Assembly: GCA_963729715.1 (NCBI GenBank)
Contig: CAVSPA010000005.1
Location: forward strand, 1-64,000
Direction of reading: 5' to 3'
DNA from: an uncultured delta proteobacterium
GTDB taxonomy: Bacteria; Desulfobacterota; Syntrophia; Syntrophales; UBA2185
DNA: 64,000 nt
Shown: in pieces, positions 19,816-29,748 of the stretch
Position numbering within the stretch: position 1 is the first letter of the stretch
Layout: each line of letters starts with the position of its first letter
Translations under genes and position numbers: made by a program
Notes under the pieces: model-generated
The model's database searches: none
What the model saw: the letters and a program-made list of their open reading frames with translations, nothing else
What the model was told of the DNA's origin: nothing

Positions 19816-19856
19816 AACTATAATTTTTATGCTAGTATTGATACCAGGAGATAACC

Positions 19857-20711
19857 ATGCAAATCTACGAAGTATTAAAGATGACCAGAGAGGCCTTGGG
19901 GAAAACTCAGGAAGAAATCGCTGCGGCGCCGACGGTGAATATAAAGAGGCAAGCATTGCAGAGATACGAACACGGTGGGGGATTACCCCAAGCCAAGCTG
20001 AGGGAGATTTCAAAATTACTACATATTGATCCCGAATACTCGGTAGGAAGCGCATCATACCCATTCAGAAGCCGAAGTGATGAATTGATAAAATGGTTTG
20101 CAAAAGAAGGTGGGATTTTCGAAGACACGCTTCAACCCCTTTCTATGGTCGCACATTTCAATAAACGTATAAGACTAATTCACCTCGTTGCTCCCGATGA
20201 ACTAATAAGGAAACTATACAAGATACTTGGTTTGCAGTGGATCTATGCACTGACTTTTATGGACGACCTCGGTAACATTTTTCTTCTTAGAGGGAAGAAG
20301 GATAATGATTTAATTAACCTTTCAATTGCATTGCCGCAGTATTTGATCAAAGTGATTAAAGAAACAAATTGCAGTTTCTTTGTTGGACAAAAGAAAACGG
20401 ATAAGAAACTCCTCGATAAAATACGAAATTGGAATGTGACAAAGAAGGACATGCAACGTATTTTTGACGAAGCAAATTTGATGGAAGTAGATCCACCAGA
20501 AACTGAGGAAGAAAAAAAGCAGCTAAAATATCAACGAAGCCAAGGGATGAAAGCCTTTTCCAATGCAGAGACATTTGTCATGAAGAATATACGGGAGACA
20601 ATGCAAAACAAAAAACTCACCTACGATGGTATATTGAACATCACTGAGGCCCTTCAAGAAGGGAAAGTCACTGAGGATGAGTTACTGAACTTTATCAAAA
20701 CGAAAAAATAG
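19857..20711 (+). CDS. XRE-family HTH repressor with a long unknown C-terminal domain
   Basis: LKMTREALGKTQEEIA...IKRQALQRYEHG; RBS CAGGAG; directly upstream of the integrase. Confidence 0.75.
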   Translation: MQIYEVLKMTREALGKTQEEIAAAPTVNIKRQALQRYEHGGGLPQAKLREISKLLHIDPEYSVGSASYPFRSRSDELIKWFAKEGGIFEDTLQPLSMVAHFNKRIRLIHLVAPDELIRKLYKILGLQWIYALTFMDDLGNIFLLRGKKDNDLINLSIALPQYLIKVIKETNCSFFVGQKKTDKKLLDKIRNWNVTKKDMQRIFDEANLMEVDPPETEEEKKQLKYQRSQGMKAFSNAETFVMKNIRETMQNKKLTYDGILNITEALQEGKVTEDELLNFIKTKK

Positions 20712-20722
20712 GTTAATACATT

Positions 20723-21910
20723 ATGGCTATCTATCTTGAATGTCCTAAATGCCACCGCAAACAGAGCATGACAAACAAGGCATGCCGGAATTGCAGTCAC
20801 AAAGTCAAAAAGGACCGCAGGTGGAACAAGGTTGTCTACTGGGTTTATTTGCGCCACAAGGGCCTGCAGGTATGGAAACGTATAGGCGAGAGCTTGACCA
20901 GGGCAAGGGAGGAGGAGGCGCGCATACGCCTCAGACTCGTCGATGAGGAATATGAGAAACAAGACAGGAAGATAAAGATAGAAGATTTCTTTGTTGAACA
21001 CTATCTGCCCTGGGCAAAGATTGAGAAGGGAACTTGGGCGAAAGATGAGGAGAGATTCAAGAATCACCTATCCCGTTTTTTCGGCAATAAGTACTTCCAA
21101 AACATCAAGACTGTTGATATCCAGAGCTACAAGGAAAGAAGATCCGCAGAACGCACAAACTATCTCCTCTCCGTCGATGAAGAAGGTAAAGAAAAAGAAA
21201 GACGGTTCACGAGACCAACAACGATAAACAGGGAACTCGCGCTTCTCAAAAAAATATTCAACCTCGCCGTCAGTCTTGGCAAATATAGGGGAAGAAATCC
21301 CGTTTCTGATGCGGGTTCGATGTCCGACAAAGATTCATATGTTCCGAGAGCACTCAGCGAACATGAAGCAGCAGTCTTCTTGGATGCGTGCTGCGCCGAA
21401 ACAAGGCCAGTCTTCGAGTTCGCTCTCGCCACAGGCATAAGGATCGGAAGGATATTATCGCTGCGTTGGGAACAGATAGACATTCAGAACAGGAGTATAC
21501 TTCTCACGAGAAAATCCACGAAGAAGGAACCTCACACTCTGCCGCTTTCCGACTGGGCGCTAGATATTATCCAGAATAAGCCTAGACATCTGCAGTCCCC
21601 TTTTGTTTTTTTCCGGCTTGACAATGGAAAGCCTTTTAAAAATCTGAGACACGGTTTCAAAAATGCTTTGCGGCGCACAAGTCTGGATACAAAGATCAGG
21701 ATCCATGATCTTCGACACACGTACGACACATGGCTACACGCTAGAGGAACACCAACGGCAATCGTGAAAGATATGATGGGTCAGAAGACGCTAACCATGG
21801 CCTCACATTACAATCAGTCGGACCACTTGACAATGCTCCACTTTTCCAACAAAATAACGCGTCCTACTGAAAAGTATGCTAACCATATTGCTAACCAAGC
21901 CCAGAAATAG
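20723..21910 (+). CDS. Tyrosine recombinase/integrase with an N-terminal CxxC...CxxC motif
   Basis: TINRELALLK, ALATGIRIGRILSLRW, IHDLRHT, MMGQKTLTMASHY. Ends 47 bp from the tRNA-Leu 3' end. Confidence 0.92.
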   Translation: MAIYLECPKCHRKQSMTNKACRNCSHKVKKDRRWNKVVYWVYLRHKGLQVWKRIGESLTRAREEEARIRLRLVDEEYEKQDRKIKIEDFFVEHYLPWAKIEKGTWAKDEERFKNHLSRFFGNKYFQNIKTVDIQSYKERRSAERTNYLLSVDEEGKEKERRFTRPTTINRELALLKKIFNLAVSLGKYRGRNPVSDAGSMSDKDSYVPRALSEHEAAVFLDACCAETRPVFEFALATGIRIGRILSLRWEQIDIQNRSILLTRKSTKKEPHTLPLSDWALDIIQNKPRHLQSPFVFFRLDNGKPFKNLRHGFKNALRRTSLDTKIRIHDLRHTYDTWLHARGTPTAIVKDMMGQKTLTMASHYNQSDHLTMLHFSNKITRPTEKYANHIANQAQK

Positions 21911-21920
21911 CAAAATAAGA

Positions 21921-21946
21921 AGAGGTTGCTGACATCAGCAACCTCT
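21921..21946. terminator. Perfect hairpin between the convergent integrase and tRNA-Leu genes
   Basis: AGAGGTTGCTGA-CA-TCAGCAACCTCT. Confidence 0.7.
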
Positions 21947-21957
21947 CGATTTTATTC

Positions 21958-22044
21958 TGGTGCCGGAGCCCGGAATCGAACCGGGATGCCCTTGCGAGCG
22001 GGGGATTTTGAGTCCCTTGCGTCTACCAGTTTCACCACTCCGGC
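21958..22044 (-). tRNA. tRNA-Leu (CAA)
   Basis: 87 nt, GCCGGAG acceptor stem, anticodon arm AGGGA-CTCAAAA-TCCCC, long variable arm, GTTCGATT, encoded CCA. Confidence 0.97.
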
Positions 22045-22091
22045 ACAGCCTGTGTCTATTGTAGGGCTTACCAAATGTCAAGAAAAATGTA

Positions 22092-22121
22092 TTGACAACC
22101 GCGAAATCCCTATGCTAATTT
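22092..22121 (+). promoter_or_regulatory. Sigma70-like promoter for tRNA-Ala
   Basis: TTGACA-N18-TAATTT with an extended -10 TG. Confidence 0.5.
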
Positions 22122-22150
22122 TCAATTTTTATTGAAGATGCGCCTGTCGT

Positions 22151-22226
<76 letters not shown>

Positions 22227-22240
22227 AAATAAACAAGGGT

Positions 22241-22900
22241 TTAGCCGACCAAGGTTAAACCCTTTTTTACTTTTGTGGCAGGTTCGCTTTGGTCGGTTTC
22301 TGCAGAAGTAACTTTTTTGTTTTTCGCTGATGTCAATCCATTTAGTATCTGAATTTCTTCCCGTGCAAACTTCTTCGAGAGATGAGAATATCTTATCGTC
22401 ATTTTGATGTCCTTATGTCCCAGGATTTCTTTGAGCGCCTTCAGTGATCCTCCACGCATGATGTCGTGACTTGCGAAGGTATGCCTGAGATCATGAGGCC
22501 GGAAATTAGTTATCCCGATGCCCTTCAGCACGCTTTTGAAGGAAGTCTTGATATCGTGGATATGTGACCCATTTCCGTCCGGGAAAATATAGTCTGACGT
22601 GAACTCAAGACGTTTCCGGATACCTTTGAGGCAATCTTCGAGGTCTGTGTTGATGGGAATTTGCCGAGCTATATCCGTTTTCGTCCTCTCAAGGTAGATG
22701 AACCCGTTCCGGATCTGAGACCACTTCAAAGAAAGTATCTCGCTTTTTCGCATGCCAGCGTTGAGGGCAATGATGATGAAGTCCCGGACATGAAGAGATT
22801 GCTGTCCCTAGATGATCTTTCCATTTTTGGATTTGCGTGTGGGAGGACAGTAGATCAGAAGTTTCGATATCTCGTCTTCTGCTAGGATCCTCGGAACCAG
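22241..22900 (-). pseudogene. Tyrosine integrase remnant (catalytic half only)
   Basis: ALNAGMRKSEIL, PHDLRHTFAS, LGHKDIKMTIRYSH. Similarity continues upstream through an in-frame TAG to RILAEDEISKLL, then is lost. Confidence 0.85.
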
Positions 22901-22977
22901 CCGACAGAATCTGTTAATTTTTATGAAAAGCCGAAAAATTTAATATCACAATTCTTCTGTTCACCAGTAAAATTGAT

Positions 22978-23025
22978 TTGACATGAAGCGAAAAAAGAAT
23001 ATAATCGCTTCACCAATTGAAGCAA
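22978..23025 (+). promoter_or_regulatory. Consensus sigma70 promoter overlapped by an inverted-repeat operator, upstream of fic
   Basis: TTGACA-N16-TATAAT (22978-23005); IR TGAAGCGA/TCGCTTCA (22984-23012) plus a third half-site TGAAGCAA. Confidence 0.75.
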
Positions 23026-23038
23026 TAAAAGGTGACAA

Positions 23039-24163
23039 ATGACTCGGTACTTATGGGAGCGTCCAGATTGGACACACTTTAGATGGAAGAACGAAGACAT
23101 TCTTCTTGCGCTGGGTGAATGCCGGCTGCTGCAAGGAAAACTCTTGAGTAAAGTGGCCGATCTTGGATTTACCCTTGAAAACCAAGCTCAGGTTGAAATA
23201 TTAACTGAGGAGACCTTAAAGACTGCATTAATCGAAGGAGAGAGCCTCAACGTTCAGGCCGTCAGATCATCGGTCGCAAGAAAACTCGGGCTCCCTTCGG
23301 CGGGACTTAGAGTGGACCGTTATATCGACGGACTCGTATCTGTTCTCCTTGATGCCACAAGAAATCATGAGGAGCCTCTTAGACAGAAACGTCTCTTCGG
23401 CTGGCAAGCTGCACTTTTTCCGACCGGCTATTCGGGTATGCACAAAATCAGAGTAGGAAAATGGCGGGGGGATAAGCCTATGCGCGTTGTATCCGGCCCT
23501 GTCGGCCGTGAAACTATTCACTTCGAAGCTCCTCCCTCTGATCGCATATCCTTTGAAATAGGCAGGTTCCTTGAGTGGTGGAAGGTTAGCAGGGGCAATG
23601 TGGAGGGGTTGCTCCGGGCGGCAATTGCTCAATTCTGGTTTGTGACCATCCACCCATTCGAAGATGGCAATGGTCGGATCGCCCGAGCCTTGACCGATAT
23701 GGCCCTATCTCAGGATGATCGGCAATCGATCCGCTATTATAGTCTTTCTTCTCAGATTATGACAGAGCGGGACGCCTATTATAATGTTCTCGAGCACTGC
23801 CAGAAGCGTGATGGTGATATTACTGACTGGCTAAGTTGGTTCCTTGGCTGTTTCTGCAGGGCCATCAACCGCTCGGAAGAGATGCTGGCGATAGTCCTTA
23901 ATAAGGCCTCATTCTGGAGATCGCATGCGGAGGATTCACTAACGGAGCGACAGCGCAAAGTTATAAACCGGCTGTTGGATGCAGGAAAGGGCGGTTTCGT
24001 AGGCGGACTTACAACCAGAAAATACGTTTCTCTTGCCAAAGTCAGCAGAGCCACAGCCTTCAGGGAGATAGATCACCTTGTAAAGCTCGGGATCATTAAA
24101 CAGAATCCTGGCAGGGGTCGGAGTGCAAGCTATGAGTTGAACTGGACGGGTTTGGCGCCGTGA
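23039..24163 (+). CDS. Fic-family protein (DUF4172-type N-terminus, C-terminal HTH)
   Basis: HPFEDGNGRIAR; N-terminal YLWERPDWTHFRW; C-terminal VSRATAFREI. Confidence 0.92.
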   Translation: MTRYLWERPDWTHFRWKNEDILLALGECRLLQGKLLSKVADLGFTLENQAQVEILTEETLKTALIEGESLNVQAVRSSVARKLGLPSAGLRVDRYIDGLVSVLLDATRNHEEPLRQKRLFGWQAALFPTGYSGMHKIRVGKWRGDKPMRVVSGPVGRETIHFEAPPSDRISFEIGRFLEWWKVSRGNVEGLLRAAIAQFWFVTIHPFEDGNGRIARALTDMALSQDDRQSIRYYSLSSQIMTERDAYYNVLEHCQKRDGDITDWLSWFLGCFCRAINRSEEMLAIVLNKASFWRSHAEDSLTERQRKVINRLLDAGKGGFVGGLTTRKYVSLAKVSRATAFREIDHLVKLGIIKQNPGRGRSASYELNWTGLAP

Positions 24164-24393
24164 ACACCGACATGGAAGATATTATAACTATTCTTGATGG
24201 ATGTCGCGGAATAGTTGATGAAATCAAAAGTTCTTCTGATGCATCGAAAATTTTTCTTTCTACAACGTTTTGAATATTCTTGGCTGATGAAAACATTCTT
24301 GATGCGATTCCAAGACATTTGCTTCCCAATCATGCGAGCCAAGCAAGGTCGCCGCGGTTTATAAAGCTCTTGGAAGAGATAGCAAATATGTAA
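24160..24393 (+). pseudogene. Degraded fragment resembling the C-terminus of a nucleotidyltransferase-like protein
   Basis: DMEDIITILDG...IVDEIK, an in-frame stop, then LDAIPRHLLPNHASQAR; family recalled from memory only. Confidence 0.35.
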
Positions 24394-24532
24394 CATGATG
24401 CGTGATAATCAAGTTCATAGAATAATGGATAAACAGTCATGAAGGACTGCTATGAATTGCTGATATCACTATGAAGCTTCATTATATCGGCCTGCATACG
24501 AGAGCCTTCTCAACAAGATAGTCAACGGTGAC

Positions 24533-25024
24533 TTGATTCACGCCGACGAAACAACTGTGAACCTGGCTGGAAAGATTGGGTACGTTGGGGCTTTCACAAG
24601 TTTGGAAGATGTGGCGTTCATCTATGCGCCCTCTCGGGAAGGCGACTTAGTACAGACGCTTCTGAAGGACTTTAAAGGTGTGTTGCTCACCGACTTTTAT
24701 GCTGCGTATGAATCGATCAATTGTCTACAGCAGAAATCCCTGCTGCACCTTATCCGAGATCTAAACGATGATTTGATTAGGGAACCGTTCAACCAAGAAA
24801 TGAAGATTATTGTGACTGATTTTGCCAATCTGCTTAAACCGATCATTGAAACGGTGGACCGTCACGGGTTAAAGGCCCGCTTTCTCCGTAAACACAAAAG
24901 GAATGTCGACCGGTTTTTCAATAACTTGTCTCATAGCACCTACCAGACTGAAACAGCGGCAAAATGCAAGAAACGCTTTGAGAAAAACCGATCAGAGCTA
25001 TTTACCTTTCTGCATAAAAAGTGA
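24533..25024 (+). pseudogene. IS66-family transposase fragment
   Basis: IHADET, FKGVLLTDFYAAY, LLHLIRDL, LFTFL; both ends missing. Confidence 0.75.
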
Positions 25025-25070
25025 GGGTAACACTTACAGGAAGGGCGCAACAACCGGATGAACCACAATT

Positions 25071-27473
25071 TTACCTCACTTTTCCTATCGGGAAGGCCTG
25101 ACCGCTTATTGATATCGTGGGATACTGGGCTTTCTTGAATATCTTCTCGGCCAGGGTAGGCACTTCATTGTCCACATAATCTGCAAGCTCTGTCGTCCTC
25201 ACGTAACCTGTATTTCCCTTGTCGGCTTTTCCTTTCAATCCTTCTGCCAGCACGTAAGTAAACAATCCATGACCCTGATAGCCCTCCAGCGCTTCCTGAA
25301 TCGAAGTAGATGCAGAAAGAATGGTAGAACCCACCGCCCGGCTCAGGATCTTCATCGCCGTGTCCTCGCTCATGCCGCGTGTTAGCATCGCCACTTGAAT
25401 AGCCTCACCCAAAGCCCCCGCATTGCACGTGTCGATGATAATCAGTTTTTTTGTGGCAGGGATATTACCGATAAGTTCCTTAAATACTGACTGACCAATA
25501 GCGTCGGTCTTGAGTCTCTCTGTCCTTGTTGATCCTACATTCGAGGTGATCAGAAAATATTCTCCATCGTCAACTGTGCCGTGGCTAGCCACATATAAGA
25601 CAAACAAATCATCAGGATTTAAAGTCTGCATGGCCTTAAGTTCTTTTAAGATGTTTTCCCTTGTCGTTTCTTCTTTGGAGGAAAGCCTTTTTACTTCCAC
25701 CTTGTCAAAAAGAGACGACGCACCCTTTTTCAGGGTGTCGGCAAAGAGTGTTGCATCTGCTACGGCATAATTAAGTTGGAGTTTAGGGTTTTTATACTCG
25801 TTGATGCCAATTATCAGAGCATAAAGAGACGGTTTGCCAATTGTTTTAAATGCTGCTGTTATTTCATAAATAGCGTCGGTGCTCTGCATGGTGTTATCGG
25901 CATTAAAGGCGATAGCCCGTATTGAGTTCACGCCTGGGGAAAGTTTGAGTTTGTATGTTTTAAATATTTCGTTCTGATTAGAGGCGACAACTTTTACACC
26001 TCTTGCACTGTCCAGTATAACAGCAGAGCTGTTGAGATAAAGCCTGACATCGCCAATCCCTCCGCCGGCATCGGTAATTTTTAAAGTTACGGGGGTTTCA
26101 TTCTTGTCAATGTTCTTGGGCGTATCAACTATCGCGACAACAGGGGGAGGTTTTACATCCGCCATCTTTCTAAGTTCCCCCAAAGACCCGCCGGAAAGCG
26201 CAACCCGGACGAGGTCAGGACGAAAAAAAGATTCCCTGAGTTGCGAAATGGTGAAGGGCTGCCCCGCAACACTGACATTCAGATACTCATCGCCTTTTTC
26301 GGAGGAGTTGTAGTAACCGCTCGGCGTGGTTACAAGCCATTCGCCATCATCAAAGGCGATCATTGCGGCAACTTCGTCACCGCTTGCAACATTGAACAGC
26401 CTCAGCGAAGCGGCGGATGCGATTGCTACGAGTTTTCCGTTTGGGGAAAAAGCCGCGTGAGCGGGACTCACTCCCAAGATGACTTTCTCGTCGGGTCGCT
26501 TTAATTGCCTGATCAATGCTCCGGTTGCGATATCCCATAATTTGTATTCTCCGAAGTTGTTCCCACTTAGCACGAGTGCGCCATCAGGAGAGGCCACAAG
26601 GCTAGTGATTCTTTGGTAATCCTTCTCATGCGCAAGAAAGGTGCCATGGACGGCAAATCTGACAATTTCCTTTGTTTGGTTTCCGGTTGCAATGTCCAGC
26701 AACACAATGGATATAACTGCCTCAGTACCCAAGACACCCTTGAATTCAGAAAGCGAAGCCAGAATGTGTATACGATCTGGCGAAAATACAACTGCATCTG
26801 CCCTCAGATCGGTCTTGTGCCATAGCTCCATACCTGTTTTGATATCTAACAACCTGAAGCCCTTGTTATCCGAACTGAAAAACGAATTAACAAGAGCAAT
26901 GTGCTTGCCATCTGGCGAAATAGCACCAAGATTGTATCCGTCAAACACCCTGAGCACTTCGCCCGTTTGGGTATTTGCTAATTTCGTGGTCTGAATTATA
27001 TTGAATAAATTGCCAGACTGGGCTGTGCCTGACAGAAGCTTTCCGTCTGGCGAAAATGATAATTGCTGTCCAAAATCGCTACCGATAGTGCGTATCTCCT
27101 GCCCGGTACCCGCATCCCACAATTTTGTTATATCGCCGCTAAGCAGATTGTTTCTACCCGATGCTGCAATCATCTTTCCATCTGGAGAATAGGCCACATC
27201 AAAGACTCCATATTCGACGGGGAACGTGATGATTCGCGCACCTTTGGCATTGACCACATCCCATACTCTTAGCGACGGCCTGAGTCCGCCCGAGACCAGA
27301 TTTTTCCCATCGGGCGAATAGTCAAGAGCGTCAACCGCCGAGACTTTGCTTTTCACCTCCATTTTCCTATCGCTGGCGTCAAGACGTATCTGTGGGGTAG
27401 TCATCATCATGTTCGCACACCCCGTAACGATTGCAAGACACGCTGCCAATATTATTCGAAAAGCAAACATCAA
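25071..27473 (-). CDS. Lipoprotein with a WD40 beta-propeller and a C-terminal caspase-like (peptidase C14) domain
   Basis: Lipobox IVTG-C; repeated (F/Y)SPDG...LWD units; LIIGINEY...LNYAVADA; catalytic ASHG and IDTC. Confidence 0.9.
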   Translation of the reverse strand: MMFAFRIILAACLAIVTGCANMMMTTPQIRLDASDRKMEVKSKVSAVDALDYSPDGKNLVSGGLRPSLRVWDVVNAKGARIITFPVEYGVFDVAYSPDGKMIAASGRNNLLSGDITKLWDAGTGQEIRTIGSDFGQQLSFSPDGKLLSGTAQSGNLFNIIQTTKLANTQTGEVLRVFDGYNLGAISPDGKHIALVNSFFSSDNKGFRLLDIKTGMELWHKTDLRADAVVFSPDRIHILASLSEFKGVLGTEAVISIVLLDIATGNQTKEIVRFAVHGTFLAHEKDYQRITSLVASPDGALVLSGNNFGEYKLWDIATGALIRQLKRPDEKVILGVSPAHAAFSPNGKLVAIASAASLRLFNVASGDEVAAMIAFDDGEWLVTTPSGYYNSSEKGDEYLNVSVAGQPFTISQLRESFFRPDLVRVALSGGSLGELRKMADVKPPPVVAIVDTPKNIDKNETPVTLKITDAGGGIGDVRLYLNSSAVILDSARGVKVVASNQNEIFKTYKLKLSPGVNSIRAIAFNADNTMQSTDAIYEITAAFKTIGKPSLYALIIGINEYKNPKLQLNYAVADATLFADTLKKGASSLFDKVEVKRLSSKEETTRENILKELKAMQTLNPDDLFVLYVASHGTVDDGEYFLITSNVGSTRTERLKTDAIGQSVFKELIGNIPATKKLIIIDTCNAGALGEAIQVAMLTRGMSEDTAMKILSRAVGSTILSASTSIQEALEGYQGHGLFTYVLAEGLKGKADKGNTGYVRTTELADYVDNEVPTLAEKIFKKAQYPTISISGQAFPIGKVR

Positions 27474-27590
27474 ATCCCCCTATGATTAATTATATTCAAA
27501 AAACAATGGGTCAAGATTAATGAATATTATTTCATCTGCTCCAGTTTGCCGTTTTTAACTATGAGTATAAAAGCAGTCTTTTGAGATTTA

Positions 27591-27683
27591 GTCGAGTAGG
27601 CCGGTTCCTCCCGATGCTACAGGTTGATGTTTGTCTTCTCCGTTTGCCGACTGGTTCCCCAGCAGTGCCACATTATTTCAACT
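27591..27683 (-). ncRNA. Probable 3'-terminal remnant (extended domain VI) of a second group II intron
   Basis: Minus strand ATAATGTGGCACTGC...CGGCAAACGGAGAAGACAAACATCAACCTGTAGC...ACCGGCCTACTCGAC. It ends in the same ACTCGAC as the intact intron; no domain V is present. Confidence 0.5.
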
Positions 27684-27889
27684 ATTAACGATTGAAATCT
27701 CGCATAGTTCTTAAAATAACTCAATCAAACAAGGAAGGCAGCCGCAGGCTGCATACACGGGGAATAAGCTGTCAAGATTTTGCACCTTTCAACCCGTACT
27801 TCGTAAGATTGATCAATGGAAAAATGAAATGTGCCGGTTATTGCATCCGCCTACAACTCCTCAAAAAAGTGATGAGATCATTCCGATGA

Positions 27890-29722
27890 GTCGAGTGGCG
27901 CGAGGGGATTTCACCCTCACGCTCTCCCAAAACTGGACGTGACAGTCTCCCGTCATCCAGCTCCTATTGTCCAGCCTTACCTTTTGAGAGTTGCCAATGA
28001 GCAAATAGCTTAGGCTGCCTGTGAAATACGCCTTGCAACCATTGCCTCGCCCTCTGGTTATTCCTCCTCAATCTTTTGTATTTCCGGGATGCCCACCGAA
28101 CAAGAATATTGTTCAGTTGCTGAAAAACACGGTAAAGAGCTGATTTATAGAAACTGCCGTAATAGTTAATCCAACCCCTTAACACTGGGTTGACCACTCG
28201 AGCCAGCTCATCCAGAGATTTGTCTGTTTGCCGGTGCATTTTCCATTGCCTCATAGCATCGCATATCGATTTCTTGGCTTTGTTGCTGATTGCAGGCATA
28301 AATCCGACAAATAATTTACCCTTTCGATTTTTCGCTCTCCGGGGCCGGAATGTAAAGCCCAGGAAATCAAATTTCTGCTCAGGATAATTTCCTCGCCGAT
28401 CATCTTCCTTACAGTAAACAATCTTCGTCTTCTGCAAGTTAAGCTCCAACCCACATTCAGCAAAACGCTTTTCAATCGCTACACGAAGCCTCTCAGCTTC
28501 GGCCTTGCTCCGACAATGACATATCCCATCATCGGCATACCGCTCGAATGCAATCTGAGGATACTGCCTCTTCATCCACGTATCGAACGCGTAATGTAAA
28601 AAGAGATTCGCAAGTAATGGACTAACCACTCCCCCTTGCGGAGTCCCTTTATCCCGATTAATCAGGCTGCCAATTGCCAATTGCGCCGGGGCATTCAGCC
28701 ATCTTTCGATGTACAGAAGCACCCATTTGCAATCAGTATGTTTCCTTACCGCCCGCATCAACAGATCATGGTCGATATTGTCAAAGAAACGTTTGATGTC
28801 GAGGTCAAGTACCCAGTCGTATCGCCAGCACCGCTGACGTGCAACCCCTATGGCCTCTCTCGCGGACTTCCCTGGACGGTACCCATATGAATCCGGATGG
28901 AAATATTCTTCCAAGATCGGCTCCAGGTATCGTTTGACTACCGTCTGGGCAATGCGGTCTGCCACTGTTGGTATTCCCAGTGGCCTAGTTCTCCCATTGT
29001 CCTTCGGTATATCGACCCGACGTACAGGTGGTGGAAAATAGCTGCCTGAGGACATCCGATTCCAGATCTTAAAAAGGTTATCTTTCACATCCTCTTCAAA
29101 TTCTGCAATGGATTGCCCGTCTACTCCGGCTGCTCCTTTGTTTGCCTTCACCAGTTTGTAGGCTTCCCATACTTCCCATTTCGAAATACAAAACGGCTTT
29201 GCTTTATTCACGAAGCTCCTCCCATTTCTGGTTGACTTGAAAATAAAGCTGAACAACGCAGCCCCTTCAGTCCAGTTCCATTACAGAACCTTCATCCCTA
29301 ATACTGGCTGCTCCGCCCCCGTGTCCCGCATTGGTACTCTCATTCTTGTGGTTTCCTCCACTTGAATTTCTCCCTTAGCATCGGGACGACAGGTTCCCAC
29401 GTTCCACACAAAAGCCCGGATCAGGTTCGCGCTACCTTTATGCCGGATGCCGCCCAATCAGTAAACAGGTTCCCTTCGGGCTTATCCTGGAGTATCGTAA
29501 GTCCCCCAGTTCTGACATCATCCTCTTCATTTCGACACCTCAGAGGTAGTTTGCTTGCGCTCGCCTCCCTGAACCTCACCTGACAGGGTCATTGCCCTGC
29601 CTTTTCCTTAACGCTCACCACCAAGGCTTTTAACCTCAGCAGCTTAAGGTGGTTTGAAGCCCGCTCCTGCAAGCTGGCTTCGAGGGACCTACCCTCATCT
29701 CTTGTGCAGCCTCGTGGCGCAC
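27890..29722 (-). mobile_element. Group II intron, RmInt1-like (bacterial class D), about 1833 nt
   Basis: 5' GTGCG at 29722. Domain V GAGCTGGATGACGGGAGACTGTCACGTCCAGTTT. Domain VI ends CACTCGAC. Putative EBS1 TTACG (~29497-29501) is complementary to the 5'-exon end CGTAA. Confidence 0.9.
27964..29211 (-). CDS. ltrA: Group II intron reverse transcriptase/maturase without an endonuclease domain
   Basis: KANKGAAGVDG, RPLGIPTVADR, GTPQGGVVSPLLAN, RYADD, LRGWINYY. GTG start at 29211 after GGAGG. Confidence 0.95.
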   Translation of the reverse strand: MNKAKPFCISKWEVWEAYKLVKANKGAAGVDGQSIAEFEEDVKDNLFKIWNRMSSGSYFPPPVRRVDIPKDNGRTRPLGIPTVADRIAQTVVKRYLEPILEEYFHPDSYGYRPGKSAREAIGVARQRCWRYDWVLDLDIKRFFDNIDHDLLMRAVRKHTDCKWVLLYIERWLNAPAQLAIGSLINRDKGTPQGGVVSPLLANLFLHYAFDTWMKRQYPQIAFERYADDGICHCRSKAEAERLRVAIEKRFAECGLELNLQKTKIVYCKEDDRRGNYPEQKFDFLGFTFRPRRAKNRKGKLFVGFMPAISNKAKKSICDAMRQWKMHRQTDKSLDELARVVNPVLRGWINYYGSFYKSALYRVFQQLNNILVRWASRKYKRLRRNNQRARQWLQGVFHRQPKLFAHWQLSKGKAGQ

Positions 29723-29748
29723 TTACGTATTGAAATGGACAAACAACA

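Noticed and set aside
16548..21910. Prophage
   Set aside because: No structural, packaging, lysis or replication genes are visible.
1..21957. Second att copy of the tRNA-Leu 3' end within the window
   Set aside because: No convincing repeat of TGGTGCCGGAG was found by eye, so the left boundary is not called.
24271..24273. In-frame TGA as possible selenocysteine
   Set aside because: It is not in a redox motif, has no clear SECIS, and lies in a truncated fragment. A nonsense mutation is more likely.
27964..29211. RT as a retron, DGR or defence RT
   Set aside because: It is flanked by canonical group II intron ends and domain V, and has a maturase domain.
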